NCBI RefSeq assembly: GCF_009834535.1
Contig: NC_045697.1
Location: forward strand, 101,372,001-101,436,000
Length of the DNA: 64,000 nt
Source of the DNA: Camelus ferus
Lineage: Eukaryota
Direction of reading: 5' to 3'
Under the pieces are notes generated by a model. The model searched no databases, was not told the origin of the DNA, and saw only the letters and a list, made by a program, of their open reading frames with translations. This document shows positions 12,641-26,224 of this stretch, piece after piece; position 1 is the stretch's first letter, and the number at the start of each line of letters is the position of its first letter. Position numbers and translations under genes: made by a program.

Positions 12641-14389
12641 TTTGTTGTTATTACTACAAAAACTAACTGCATTATTTTCTAGTAAAGAGTATTTGGAAAA
12701 TACAGAAGTATATAGAGAAGAAAATGAGTCACTCAATGGCACCACTCAGGAAAAATAAAGCTCATTTTAGAATGACCTTGACAAAGCAGCATGAGTCCCA
12801 TTTTTTTTTTTTTTTAAAGAATATGTTTCAGTAGGGGAAAGGGTGAAAAAAAGACAAAAATCTTGTTCGGTACCATTTTATGATATTTACCAAACAGCTG
12901 TGGCTCTGCAGGGCCGATGCAGAGCTGGGGGAGGCAGGTGTCTACACACTGGGTAGACAGGGCAGGATGAAGCTCTTGAGGGGGTCAGAGGAGCGGGCCA
13001 AAGCCTGGGTGGGCTTCAGATCACTGGGAAGCAATGGGAAGGGGTCTGAGAGCAGGCAGTGACAGCGGCACAGACCATGGGACAAGGCTGAGGGGTCCGT
13101 CTATGAGGGGCCCTAGGAAATGGGTCTGGTCAGATTGCTGGGTCCTTAGAGGAACGAGTGAACAAGGAGCCCACGAGGTCAGATGATAAGCGCGGACGCA
13201 ACGAAAAGGAATTTAAATGTTATCCTCATAGGGAGTGGGATGCTTTGAGAGCTCCTGGGGAGTGAAGGGTTATGACCTACACTACTGTCCTTTAGATAAT
13301 TTAATGTGAAACTCACGGGAGATTCTAGAAACAGGGTGATAAAACGCAAAATACCAGACAAGAGAACTTAATGAGGAAAAGTATTTAGAAAACAGAAGAG
13401 TCAGGAATTAATACAGTATGCAAAAGAATGAAGCACACCCCCTGCAGAAAGACCCAGGTACTCTGCAGGCACATGCCATGTCTGGAGTACAACTGTAAAA
13501 ATAATATGACACTGAGAAACAGCAAAAAGGAATATGACAAAGAAAAGGCCAGTGTATGCTATATAATCAGAACTTCGTGGGATAGTTTCATTCATCAAGT
13601 GTTAAAAGTAAGATACAGGACTAGCATAAACAACAGGGCAAAAACAGAAGCTTTGTCGTTGTTGTTGTAATTTTTTAAAGAAAAAGGAGCTAACAGTGTC
13701 AAAAAATATGCCCAGTCATGACAATGGCCCCAACTATACAGAGAGAGCTAGGGAGTACGATGCTGATTAGCTGATCTCTGCAGGAAATCTGGACTGCACA
13801 GTACAATAAAAACTCAGCTTAAACGTGAAAACAAGATGTATTTCCCACTTCTCAACACATACCTTCTGTCCCTTCTCTCTCTTTGACCCCAGTTCGACGG
13901 ACATCTTCATGAAGCAGTAACACCCGATGTACTTAATAAATTCACATTCCTCAAAGGCCTCCTGAAGGCACTTCCAATGCCGTGATTCTGTGACTCTATT
14001 CTGTCCCATCCAGTAAGGTTCTATTTTAAGCTCCTGGCTTCTGCCTGTGGCACGTGGATTTGGGAGGAGAGAGAACTCCTTGAAGCCAGCTTGACCATAT
14101 GAATCAGCGACCAGTAATTAAAAGTGTGATAGATATTATGGTCTCATCACATATTCCATATCTGACTCTGATTTTTAAAAATTACTAAACAGTTAACCGC
14201 ATAGAAAACTGTTCCTAAGGCCTGGAGGGTTGGGTGCACCATCCAAAAGAGACGATTAGAAACTTGAATTTTCTCATTCCTGACCTACGTGCTGCTTCAC
14301 TCGCCGTATGTTCTATTTTCCCTATTTCTTCTTTAATATTTTTCCATGTACTTAGGGAGCTATTTATTTCATTTCCCCAAACCATATCC

Positions 14390-14733
14390 TGTTACAGACT
14401 GAACATTGGTTTCCCTCCAGTTTTCAATGTTGAAATCTAATCTCCAGTGTGATGGTATTAGGCGGTGGGAACTTTGGGAGGTGATTAGGTCGTGATGGTG
14501 GAGTCCTCGTGAATGGGGTTAGTGCCCTTGTAAGAAGGGACCAGAGAGCTAGCTCACTCTCCTTCTGCCACGTGAAGACACCTGAGAAGTCGGCAGTTGA
14601 CAACCAGGGTCCTCACCGGAACCTGACCAAGTGGGCACCATGATTTCAGACTTCCAGCCTCCAGAACGATGAGAAATAAATTTCTGTTGTTTATAAGCCA
14701 CCCAGTCTATAGCAGCACAAACAGACTAAGACA
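14390..14733 (+). mobile_element. MLT1A-like MaLR solo LTR
   Basis: TG...CA termini; 'tgatggtattaggcggtgggaactttgggaggtgattaggtc' and 'gacttccagcctccagaacgatgagaaataaatttctgttgtttataagccaccc', ending 'gactaagaca'. Confidence 0.9.
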
Positions 14734-17700
14734 CAAGTGCTTTTCCAAAAAAAAAAATTCCATTTTAAACAACTTAACATTTTTAGGATGTGGAATTCTA
14801 TTTTATTCCTATCTAGGGGCCTGCCTCATCACATCTAAGGCTAAAACACAAACACCACAAACCTATAGACATCCAAGTTGAGGGTTCTTATAAGACCTGC
14901 TTAAGGAAACAGACATTTTTTCAGAGCTGTAGAATGGAAGCCAGCCATGTGAGGTAAAGATCAGTGAATTGTACCACATGTGGCTGAAAAAGAAAACGAA
15001 ATTCTATGTGGAGACCCGAGATTGAGGAGGCCCAGGTTGCCTTGTGGTCAGAGGGGTGCAGACCTGGGAAATGAAATTCTGATCCAGGAGGAGGCCCGCC
15101 TGGTAATCTTCTCCTAAAGATCAGCATTAAATCTCCAGTGTGGAGAGTCCACAGGCCAGGCATGCCCTCAGATTCCCCATCTATAGATCTTTTCCAGCTG
15201 TAACTTGTCTAGATTCCAGAATCACAGCCCAAATTTCTGCCCAAGCCCCTGTCCCTGAAGCTTGGAATTGTCCGTCTTTCATGTGTCAGAAGTGAAACAC
15301 CCTACTGGTTGTTGGAGGAGAAGGAGGCTTTGTCCTTTTCCGGCTTTATCGCTTGATTTTTAAGCAACTAGCTGGGGAAATACTAGACTTAATGAGCCCT
15401 TCTTTTGCCCTTGGAAGAGTCACAGAATGCAGCTGCCAGGCAGCAAGAGTGGTACAGGAGTCTTACAGATCCTCTGTAATTCTTCAGATAGCGTCCTATT
15501 TTACATCATTTACCGATGACCAGACAGCTGAGACTCAATTGTCTATAAATTCCCCAATAAAAGAGGCCCAGGTGTGTCTTCATTATTGGCCACATTTTCC
15601 TGCACATTTTGAGTCTCTGAAGAAAAGCAAACTTTCCCTCTTTTCTATGAAAGAGGGAAGGAACAGCATGTATTCACAGAAAGTTACTAGAATTCAGTGA
15701 TCCAGGAAGCGCTTCCTAAGTACCCCGTCTGAGCCAGGCACTGAGTTAGGATTTATAGATCTAGTGCAGAATAATGTAAATAATTCCTGGCATACCCTGC
15801 CCAGGTAGAAACAGCCCTATGCAGAGGAGAGCTCTAAGCCTCAGCACATGTGATCAAGCCTTTATCCGGACAAACCTGTAAATGTCTAAATCAGGAATTT
15901 TTAGTCAGAATAAACATTTTATGAAGATGTAAAATGGTTACAAAACACTCACAGAACTAGTTTTATAAGGCCCTGCTTACAATAACCAGAGTTGGCCTCA
16001 CATTAATTGGTTATCTCTTGCTCTAACAAAGTGATAAATTTTATTTCAAATCTTCACTTTTCTCAAGGTTAAGCTTTTAACTGTGTGGTGGGGGGGGGTG
16101 CACACAATGATGACATAGTAAATCTCTGTCATTCTTGTTGTCGTCAAATAGTTAAGCAAATCCAGCTCTTCTCGGTAGCTAGCTTGTTGGACTATTTGTG
16201 CTACAGGTTTCTGCACTTTACAGTGAAGGCAAAATCGATTTGTGGTCAACTTGCTGATGATCATCTTGACGTCAGCTGTCCAGCTAGTAAGACGGAGACC
16301 AGGTCAGCCCAAAAGAACCTCTCAAAACAAATGTACATATTGATTCTTCTCTCTCCCTGTCTCTTTTTGATCATATTTGAGGCTTGCTGTGATCTAGGGA
16401 CACTTGGGAGTATATATCTTTCCAAAGACAGAAAAATGCAAATCTTTCACAAATTTGTTTTCAGGATAAATTTTACTGTTGAAAGCTCCCTTATGGTAGA
16501 ATATGCTTCTCAAAGAGGAAATAAAACATATCTCAATAAATTGTTCCTCCCATAGGAAAAAGAGACGAGCTTTAAGTCAGTATATTGATGACAAAGTAAA
16601 TATCTAAGAACTGTATTGGTATCATTTTCTGTTTGTGAAAATTGAACAAAAAATCTAGGGTGCTTTTTATGCGTAATGTTATTGAAAAAGTCTGCCCAGT
16701 CCAGAGCTTCCTGATTCCAAAGAAAAACCTAGAAGGCACTACCTTGATGACTGATTTCTACCTTCAGGAACTGAAAAATATGAATAACAATGGTAGAATT
16801 CCAAGTAAGGTTTAACGTCATGTGTGAAATTTGTGCTTATTTCCAAACTAGCTTATCTGGAATGAAGAAGAATGTGGATTTTCCATTCGAAATTTCCCTA
16901 TATACCTCTCCTAATTTCCCTATATCTCTTCTTTTCTCAAAAATAACTCCAGAATATTATTAGCTAGGGGGTTTCTTTTGCATTCGATTTCTCAAGGAAA
17001 TGAGTCATGCTGTTCTCCAGGACATCTTTTACTAATGAGCTTCTTTACTTGGGCTGAAGCAGTGGTGACCCTGAGTGCTGACAAGTAGAGAAAATAATTG
17101 CTTGGAACCCAAATGCTGCATTTGTATGTGAACAAGCCAAGTGCACTCTGAAATTATATAACTGCTTTTCCCTCTCCTTCTTCATCGAGCTCCCCCTTAT
17201 CCACACCAACATTTAGCAACAGTTCTACCTTTTTTCATAGCTATACCACATTGAGGCTTAAAAACTCTTGGGGCAGTATTTTAAATGCAGTTAAATCAGC
17301 AAGACACATCTCTCTCCAAAATAAAAAAAAAAAAATTTTTAAACACTTCAAGAATATTGAAGTGATCTAGGGGGTTCATCTACTATTTGCCAACTTAAAA
17401 ATATATGTATATCTGGAACACGAAAGGATTTGTTCTCAAGGTGTGATATGGCTTGTGAATTTCAATATGTAATTCAGTCCTGCTGTGCTGAATATATTCA
17501 ATATAATGAGGTTTCTGAGGCTATGTATCAGGTGAAACTGCTTAATGGTGCTTATATGGCTAAACTCTGACCCACGCATGGGCTTTTTGGCATTCACCTT
17601 AGCACATAGGAAAGCCATTCTGCTCGACAATAGACTAACACAGGGGCAGAAAAACATGGGCTAAAAATATCTTGCATTTGTATGGCACATTACAATTTAA

Positions 17701-18669
17701 AATTACATAATTTTTCATAATTATACCTGCCTCATATTGTACCTGCCTCAAAAGGTTGCAAAGATTAAATGAAACAATGCAAGTCAGCTCTTGACACATA
17801 CGTAGGTCACAGTAAATGGAAACTTGTTCCTGTTACCGATTTCATTTTCTTCTGTGGATGACATATGTTTCTATTCAATCTGTTCTTATAAGTCTGTGAG
17901 TCTTTTCTTCAAGTTAGCACTGAAATCAAGTAATGGCCACGGACTTTCAGTCGCCTATGGTTTTCTTCCCAAGTGGCATTGAGTCATTCATAGTACACGA
18001 GCCCCCCAGACTACACATTTACGTCAACATCTTGGATTCCTGACTCTAGATTTCACTAGGATCACTTAGAAATCATATCACTTTGACTTTTTATAAACTT
18101 TTCCAAATAAAATTTTAATTTGCATTTAATTATCCAGCTCTTTGAAGATTATAATATAGTTTCTTTCCCAGATTCTTCTTTCCTCTGTCAGGGATCTCAA
18201 TTCGTCCTTTTTTCCCCATTAACTCCCAAGTGAAAGTTATAATTTTAACTCCTTTGAAAAGAGTTGTTATAAGACTGTCAGACTGAAGGAAAAAATAAAA
18301 AATTAAGGAGCAGTTGCTTCTGAGAGCTGAAGGTCCTCCCTTCTCAGCAAAGATGGAGCACCTATACATAGGACCGACAATCACAAATAGAGCATAAATC
18401 TGGAGTCATGCACAAATTATATATTCCTTTAATTAGGCTTTAATGAATTTTCTTTAGAGAAAAATTAAATGTTACCATGTGGTCAGCAGAATGATTTGTC
18501 CTGTTACCTTTGCCCTATAAAATGGTCACTTGATCTTTAGTAACAAGCCAACACTCACAGAATCTCACTATTTTGACAACATTTTCAGGGACACAATAAC
18601 CATATCTACTCTTTGAAGAAAGACAATGCTGTTGAACTCGGGTAGTAAAATGGATTTTAGTACTGGCTC

Positions 18670-19256
18670 ACCCAGAAACTATTCCTAAATCCACCTCCTT
18701 CCTTGCTCACAGAATCCCAATTTTGTTCAGGTCTTGCTTACTAAATCTCAATTTTCACCAGGTATCAAACCCTCCATGAGCTTCAAGGGAGGTGGCCGCC
18801 TTTTTAGATCCAGCCCCAGTACTAGACCTGGGGGTGAATCACCATTTGTCCAGTTCCCTTTGTCAGTGTTTGCTTTATGCTGGGACATGTGATATAGTGC
18901 AGGACAATGAGACAGGAGAGGACATCTGGTGAGAGGATTCTGAAAAGAGATGATGAAGAAGAAAGGGCTCCTCTCTGCTCCTGGATATTGTCATGTCTGC
19001 ACATTGTTATAAAACTGTAGCACCCATCTTGGGACCATGAAGGAAGTTAGCCTGAAAGGAAATGCTGAGGATGGCAGAGTACAAACGGTGAAAGTTAGGT
19101 AGAATTCTGATGACATTATAAAACTGCTGAATTAACGAAACTTGGGATTGTCCTACCTCTGGAGCTCTTACTATGTAAGATAATGAATGTCCTCATAATT
19201 TAAGACATTTTAAGTTAGGGTTCCTGATACTTACAGCCAAAATCAGCCTAACTAAG
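18670..19256 (+). mobile_element. MLT1J/K-like MaLR LTR
   Basis: 'ggacatgtgatatagtgcaggacaatgagacaggagagg...cccatcttgggaccatgaagg...cttacagccaaaatcagcctaactaa'. Confidence 0.75.
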
Positions 19257-19639
19257 CGATAGTAATATCACTTTATGAGATGCTTCCTAAAGGCTAAAAG
19301 ATGTCCATCAGTTCGGTGCTAGACTGGAGGCTTCTGCCCTTACATTATAGCATTCCAAGACCTATCCTCCATCAGCTTCCAACTCTATAGGCATGTGTTA
19401 TTATAACTTAGAATGGAAAAGTCATTTAAAGCATTAGCCAAAATAATAAATATGTCAAATATGACAAAGTGAGAGCAATACATAACCCTCACCAGAGAAG
19501 ACTAGTGATAAATAAAGACAGACTTGAATCTGTAGCTTTTTTGTATTTATCATTGTGGAATGCCTAACCAGAACCCATCAGAACAAATGAGTCCTTAAAG
19601 GTTATCTGAATAAGGCATGTGAGTTTTGAAAACAATATG

Positions 19640-20612
19640 GGGAGAACAGAGTGATGGCCAGAAATGCCCAAGATGAGATGTAATAGGAATAAATGTAAAG
19701 TCTTAGATCTCGGTCCTAGAAAAGGCACTGTACAGATTTAGGAAAGAGCTAAAAGGAAGCCCTCATGGTTTTAGTTGTTCCCAAACTCAGCACGCACAAA
19801 TAATGCTCTGTGGCCACCATAAACATCATGCAATCTTCCTTCTAGACACCGTTGAGTGTAGTGTCTAGATGGTTGATTTTTAGCCACAGCTAGATATCAA
19901 AATTATATGTCCTTTTAAAAATGCAAATATCTGGGCCCAACTCCAGATCTAGTGAATCAGAACATTTTGGAGTTGAGCCTGGTTTTGTGCATGTTGTAAA
20001 ATTCCATAGGCAAGAGTCAATGAACTGGTCTAGACTCTAGATCAAGCAAGATCCCCTGAACTGATCTCTGTGTCAGTCTCATCAGAGGGACTTTATATAG
20101 CTCTGGGAACCACGGTTTCAAAGAGACATTTAAAAGCTGGAACTCACACAAAGAAAGCCAAGCAAGAGGATAAGGAGTCTTGTAATTATGTCATATGATG
20201 AGCAGATGAAAGACCCAAGGATATTTGATGTAGAAGTGGAAGTACTCAGAAGGAACCCATGAAAGAAAACCATAAAGACATGCTGGATGCTTCAGATTTG
20301 ACCCATGGAAGAGACGCTACTGTTTGCTAGCTTTGAAATAAAGGGGACTAGAGAACTAATACATGAAGTTAGAAGATGACAGGTGTCAGATCAACATAAA
20401 GAAAACTTTTCAAGCCATTAAATGGTCAACAGTGGAAAGGACTGCTTTGAAAAATAGCAATTTTCTCGTAACTGCAAGTCCCCTCAGGAGGTCAGATGAC
20501 TGACATTGTGGAACACAAGTACAAAGGCTGCCACAGGGGGATCTGCCCCCAGCAGGAAGTGGACTAGAACACTGCTGAGGTTACCTTTGACTCTGGGAGT
20601 CTACGGTATTCA
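19640..20612 (+). mobile_element. CR1/L3 LINE 3' portion, interrupted by a MER5-like element
   Basis: 'aataggaataaatgtaaagtcttag', 'gtcatatgatgagcagatgaaagacccaaggatatttga', and a 3' end 'gaggttacctttgactctgggagtctacggtattc'. Confidence 0.7.
19871..20027. mobile_element. MER5-like hAT MITE inside L3
   Basis: 'aaaaatgcaaatatctgggcccaactccagatctagtgaatcagaa'; flanked by gtctagat (19863-19870) / gtctagac (20028-20035), a plausible 8-bp TSD. Confidence 0.65.
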
Positions 20613-20699
20613 GAGCAAATAGGTCACAGAAAGATCACAGAAACACAGCACAGAAAGCAAACTTGGAATTCACCTGTTAAATGCCCTTCATTCTACAGA

Positions 20700-20880
20700 T
20701 AACAGTTGCTAACATGTAGTAAACAACGACTACATGCACATTATCTCCAATTCTTACGGCCACTCAGAAAGATCATATAGTTAGTCTTATGTTACAGATG
20801 AAGAAGCCAAGCTTCTGAGAAATTATCTAGCTTAAACATTTAAATCATTAGTGCAAGAGAGGACTTAAAATACAGTCTTG
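20700..20880 (-). mobile_element. MIR fragment
   Basis: 'ttatgttacagatgaagaagccaagcttctgaga'. Confidence 0.6.
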
Positions 20881-20904
20881 ACAAAGTCTCTCCTTTTTTT
20901 TAAC

Positions 20905-21425
20905 GATAACTCCCAATGACTTCTCAAGATCAATAAAATGAATACTAAACTCCTTATTTTGTGTTCAAGAACTTCTATGATTTTTCGCCAACCTATATTT
21001 TCAACCTTATGTTTCCTCATTACCCTTAATTCACCTTATGACCCAACTAAACTGAATTACCTGTTTCCTTTTAAGCACAAGGTCTCCTCCATTTCTAATA
21101 CCACTTCTTCTATTCTCCATATCCATAAACTCAAATTCAAGGCCCAGTTCCAGTACTGTCTCCTCAAGTCTCCTTCCTCCTCAATTCAAAGTAAGTTTTC
21201 CATCCCTAGAAGCCCCACTGCATTCTATACTAGCTCTCTTGCAGTATTAACTTTCTACTTTGCATTTATTAAGCATGTGTGTGTGTATAATTTACATTAT
21301 AACAACTTTTGTGTGTCTATTCTTTCCTACTAATCTCTAAAATTTCCCCACTAATTTCCTCCAAAACTGAATGTACCATTATGCACATGGTAAATAGTCA
21401 GCACTTTTTGATTAAATAAATGAAA
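20905..21425 (+). mobile_element. L2 LINE 3' end
   Basis: Pyrimidine-rich 'ttcaaggcccagttccagtactgtctcctcaagtc'; terminus 'cacatggtaaatagtcagcac...taaataaatgaa'. Confidence 0.65.
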
Positions 21426-21516
21426 AAAAAATCCTGAAGCCACGAAGAATTTAAATGATTTGCCCAGGATCCCAAAAGCAGCTTCTACCAGAACCTGAAC
21501 CTACGTGTTCTATATG

Positions 21517-21517
21517 G

Positions 21518-21587
<70 letters not shown>
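21517..21587. repeat. Compound microsatellite (GTT)15(ATT)8
   Basis: Read directly from the sequence. Confidence 0.97.
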
Positions 21588-22733
21588 ACCATGAAGCAAT
21601 TCTGCTACAAACTTAGTTAACTAGAAACAAGAAAAGAACATGTGCACTTTTGACCCAGCTCCCCAAGGGGTAGAAAAGAAAATAGAGGCAAAAATTTTTA
21701 GGAGAAGCCCTCTGTTTCCTTTTCTGGAAAAATGAAAACCAGAAGGTCTGTTTTTTGCCATATTTTTAATGATATTTCATCTTAAATAATTAAAGCCAAG
21801 ATCAAATACCTCACTGAGATTTGTCAGTGCAGTCACTAAAGAGTCAACTGCCAAAGTTTGCAAATATCCAGCAACCTACATTTCTAATTAAGTAGATAGT
21901 ATCGTGGAGTTGAGAATACATTCCTTGAGCAAATAAATCTGGAAAATGCTGCTCTCAGGCCATCATATTAAGAAACGGCAATAAATCATTTTAACAGCCT
22001 CTCTGCCATGTCACACATGGAAAAGACAAAGAAAATGTCTTTCATCTCAAAAAAGAGATACACAGAAAAGAATGTAAAATCAGAGGACTTAGAACACATA
22101 GCAAAATATATATTGTGAAAGGTTATTGTTTTAAACAAATTGGCAATTTACATGAATGACCAGCAGTATACTTGAAGTTAGTGTCAACATTTATAAAAGA
22201 CTTCGCAGTCAATTCCAGAGAGGAAATCAGTTATGCTGAAGAGCCAAGATACTCTTGAAGCAATGAATTATGCTGAAAATACTCTCAACAACTGACTCAA
22301 AAAAATGGAAGTCATGTTATAAAGAAGCTCGATATATATGCCAACTGAAAAAAAAAAGGGAATTTTGTGGTTATAATTATTCCAACTGTTCTTATGACAA
22401 ATTTGGTGTAAAACCACTGAAAATAAAGTTTTTTTGAACAAACCATGCTCTCCTTCACCTTTGTCCCGGCAGTGGTGTCACCATATCTAAGAACCACATT
22501 ATCAGTTACCACTCTCCACTCCTAATTCCCATCTGCCTGAATTGCACTTAATCTTTAAGTTTCAGATGACAAGCTCTTCAATAATTCTTTCCTGAACATC
22601 CTCCCCAAAGCTGGGTTGACTGGGTTGGTCCCTCCCCAAAATGACCACTAGACCTAACACTCTGTGCCGACCCCTACCATAGTACAAAGCACACTGTCCT
22701 GTCCTTTCTTATCTACCTGTACTCTCCCCATCC

Positions 22734-22753
22734 TGTGCACATGCACACACACG

Positions 22754-22784
<31 letters not shown>

Positions 22785-22815
22785 ACGCACATGCACAGGC
22801 ACACATACACACGCA
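22734..22815. repeat. Imperfect (CA)n / (CACACG)n microsatellite, alternating purine-pyrimidine tract
   Basis: Read directly from the sequence. Confidence 0.95.
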
Positions 22816-25800
22816 GATTCAAGATCTTTCTGAGCCAGGACATATCCACCAGTGGGTTTTCCAGAACACAGTATGAAACTAACATAATTTTCATGAATAA
22901 GCACTTGTCATAAAAAAGTATTTTTGCTGTGAGCTAAAAAGCATACACATCTTCTTGCACATTTTTAACTGTATTCTGCAACATTCTCCATTTCATCTCA
23001 GGGACATGGTTGCAGGAGTCCTTGGTCCTTCCACAAGTTGGAAAACTGGTTGCAGTTTGATGCATGGATCCCTTTTGATACTTTTGCAAATTAATCTCCC
23101 ACTTTGAAAACAGAGAAAATGTATAATATCATGTACTTTATTTTAAATCGTTACTGGGAAAGCCTTTTTACACAAAACATCACGATGGCATGTGGTCAAG
23201 ATGGAGAAAGGGGTCCATTTGAGCATTTATAACATCCTTTTCAGATGACTAGGTCATATATTTTCAATTAATTTTGTGTTTTTTTAAAAAAAAATGTTCA
23301 CAGTGGATCTCATTGTAATCATTGTGAGTGATTTTTACAGCCTGTTCCATATTAGGAAAATTCACTTGAAAGTCACTGTCAAGCTGACCACACACGTGGG
23401 ATATCTGGTTGTTTTTGTTTTTCACACATTGACAGAGGATGACAGATTGCACAGTCCTTTTTGTCAGATATTACATTAAGTGAATTGCGTTCTGGATGCT
23501 ATGTTAAAACGAAACACTGGGGCAGCTCTGACCTTTTGTCCATTCGAATATGAATCAGTCTCACGTAGGGACAGTTAAGACATGTCTTAGCCAATGGCAG
23601 AACATAAACCATTTCAAAATCTTTCAGGACACAAAGCCAACTGTGTAGACATCAAAGTTGGCCAGATTCAGCTTGCTAACCAAAAATGATCACTCTGATC
23701 ATCTATTTCCAACATGAAACCCTAACATAATTGAATTTAAAACAAAAATGTCTTACATAACTTGAGCCCATGGCTCAGGGGTCAATGCCCTTAACTGTCT
23801 CAGGCAAAGAGAGTTCACTATAGCATACGCCAGATGTACACATGCCCACACTTTTTTCATTCGTTCATTCTGATGCACTCTGTATTTCTGGGTTAGGTGC
23901 TCTGGCCCTCATTCTGCATCCCCACTGGCATTCTGGAAGCATTTTAGAGCCTGTGGGGTTCTTGGAAACACTCCGGTTGATGTTAGAATGAAGCAGAGAA
24001 ATCCCTGACCACACTCACAACAGTTGTCCAACTGCATTCCCTCAAACACCCCAGCACAAACACAGATGCTCAGGGTTCATGACAGTTCAGAAGAACTTTG
24101 GGAAGGTAGACCATCTTCGTGATTTAAATTCTCAGTGTAACTCTGGGAGCCACTATAGTCCGATGAGATGAGTTCACTCAAGAGTTAAAAATAGCTGCCC
24201 TAAGCTAAGGCCCCTCTGGTTAAACCTGGCTTCTGGTACATTGCCAGTAGTAAAGCAATCCTGCAGAAGCACTTTGCAGCAAGCCAGCCCAAATTTTTCC
24301 ATGAATTTCCCTGCCTAGTTAGCCCAGATCCAATCTACTGCTGCATACTGTTCTAAGAGACAAGGAGAATGACTATGTTATCTTCAATCATTGCAGTTGA
24401 ATGTAGTTTATATGGGGGTGAGGGGATGAGGGTGGATAACATACATTGCAAGAGGTTGTATAAGCCAGAAGAAAGAATATCAGAATGAGAATGAAATCTT
24501 AGCTTCCAGTTGTGTCATCTTGGAGAATTCATTTAAATTCTCTAAGCATAGATTTCTACCTGCTTGCAACTACGTCCTTACTTGAACCTAAATACTGTGA
24601 ATACGGGGTGAATATTGGTTCTAAGTTTATAAGTATATATACTCAAGGTCTTTTTCCAAGTATACTCACTTGTCAGCACTAACGGAAAGCCTTTCAGAAT
24701 TTTGCTAATAAGCTCATTAATGCATTTTACTTATGAAATAAGAAGGATGGATTTAAGAGAAATACTATTTCACTATTTATTAATTAATTTCTTCCTTGTA
24801 TGGATTTAACCCTCAGTAACAAGATGTAACACCAAAAAACAAACAACAGAACACACGACAGAGAATCAAGATACTGCCTTTGTGGACAGTTGATGAAGAT
24901 GAAGTTTCTCCAGAGAAACTGACACATGATCGAGAAGGGAAACTGATCTTGAGAATTACAATACAGTATCATATCTTAAGGAAGAACTCTGAAATCATAG
25001 ATATATTCAACTTGGACTTGTTTCTTTTCTAAAGGAGAAATAAAGAATATCATGAGGAAATAGGAAACCTGTAATGTCAAATCAACATAGTAGGTATGTC
25101 AAGAGTAAAAATCATGCCAGAACCAATTTTAACTAAGTTTCAGTTGTTAATGCTTCTGTCTCTCCACAGCTATGGCATTTTCTAAATACAACAACACAAG
25201 TTTTGCTTAGTAAAAAGGAATTTTAAATGGAAAAAAAATCTACATAAAAGCAATATAAATTGTCAACACAGATGAAATTATTCCAATTCTTACAGAAAAG
25301 AAACAAAAAGAAAATTCTGTAGGAAATTAACAATTAAACATATTCATTGACAGCTTCCTAAAAGCTCTAATCTACTATTTAAGATTCTTTGAGCTCATCC
25401 AGTTTTAAGACGCTTTATTTCAAATTTAAAAAGTTATGACAAAATGCTAATTTTATTATTTAATTTATAAGAGTATAAATTTTTCTTCCCCCCAAAAAGT
25501 TTTATATTCTCAAGATATTCTCCATCTCCCTTTTTCATGTGTCAGACAAAATTACACGTGTAAAAAATAAAAAATCTACATCCAAAATATAAACTACATT
25601 TAATCTGTACTGTGTAAGTAAAAACTTACAAATAAACCAAAAACAACAACAAAAGCTCTCTCCTGACTAAAATCGTTGTGTTCACTTTTTGACCCTTTTA
25701 AAATGATTGTTGAAAAAGTATACGAATGAACACATACATCAAACAGATACTGAAACCCTCAAAGGTCATTTCTTGTTTTATGTAGTAATGAAAAATTCAA

Positions 25801-26224
25801 GGCAACTGTCAAAAAATAGCTGGTACAGCACCATACTGGGCTGACATCAAAGAAGCTGTTGATACTATAGTTACTTTCAACAAAAAGTAACTTAGTTGGG
25901 GCTCTGATGATACTGGAATCCCACCCTGTGACATAACCATCTTATTTTGACAAGAACAAGGAGGAACCAGCTGTTCTCCCAGGACCATATTAAAATTCAG
26001 AGAGCCATTATTCCTCAAGAGACGTTACTGAGAGACACTCTAGATTTCCAAGAGCTTCTCTATTATACAATACCCAAAGGGTATCCAATCTCTCTATCCC
26101 CACCCTTTCACCTCCTACTATCAATGATGATCAGATCTATCCTGAGAACAAGAAATCCTTCAGGAAACTTAAGAAACTGGAGACCCTCAGACACACACAC
26201 CAGAGCATGGATGTTGGGGCCAGA

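Noticed and set aside
16085..16555. Longest ORF in the track (156 aa, + strand)
   Set aside because: Starts at GTG in a G run, has no recognisable domain, and is consistent with a chance ORF
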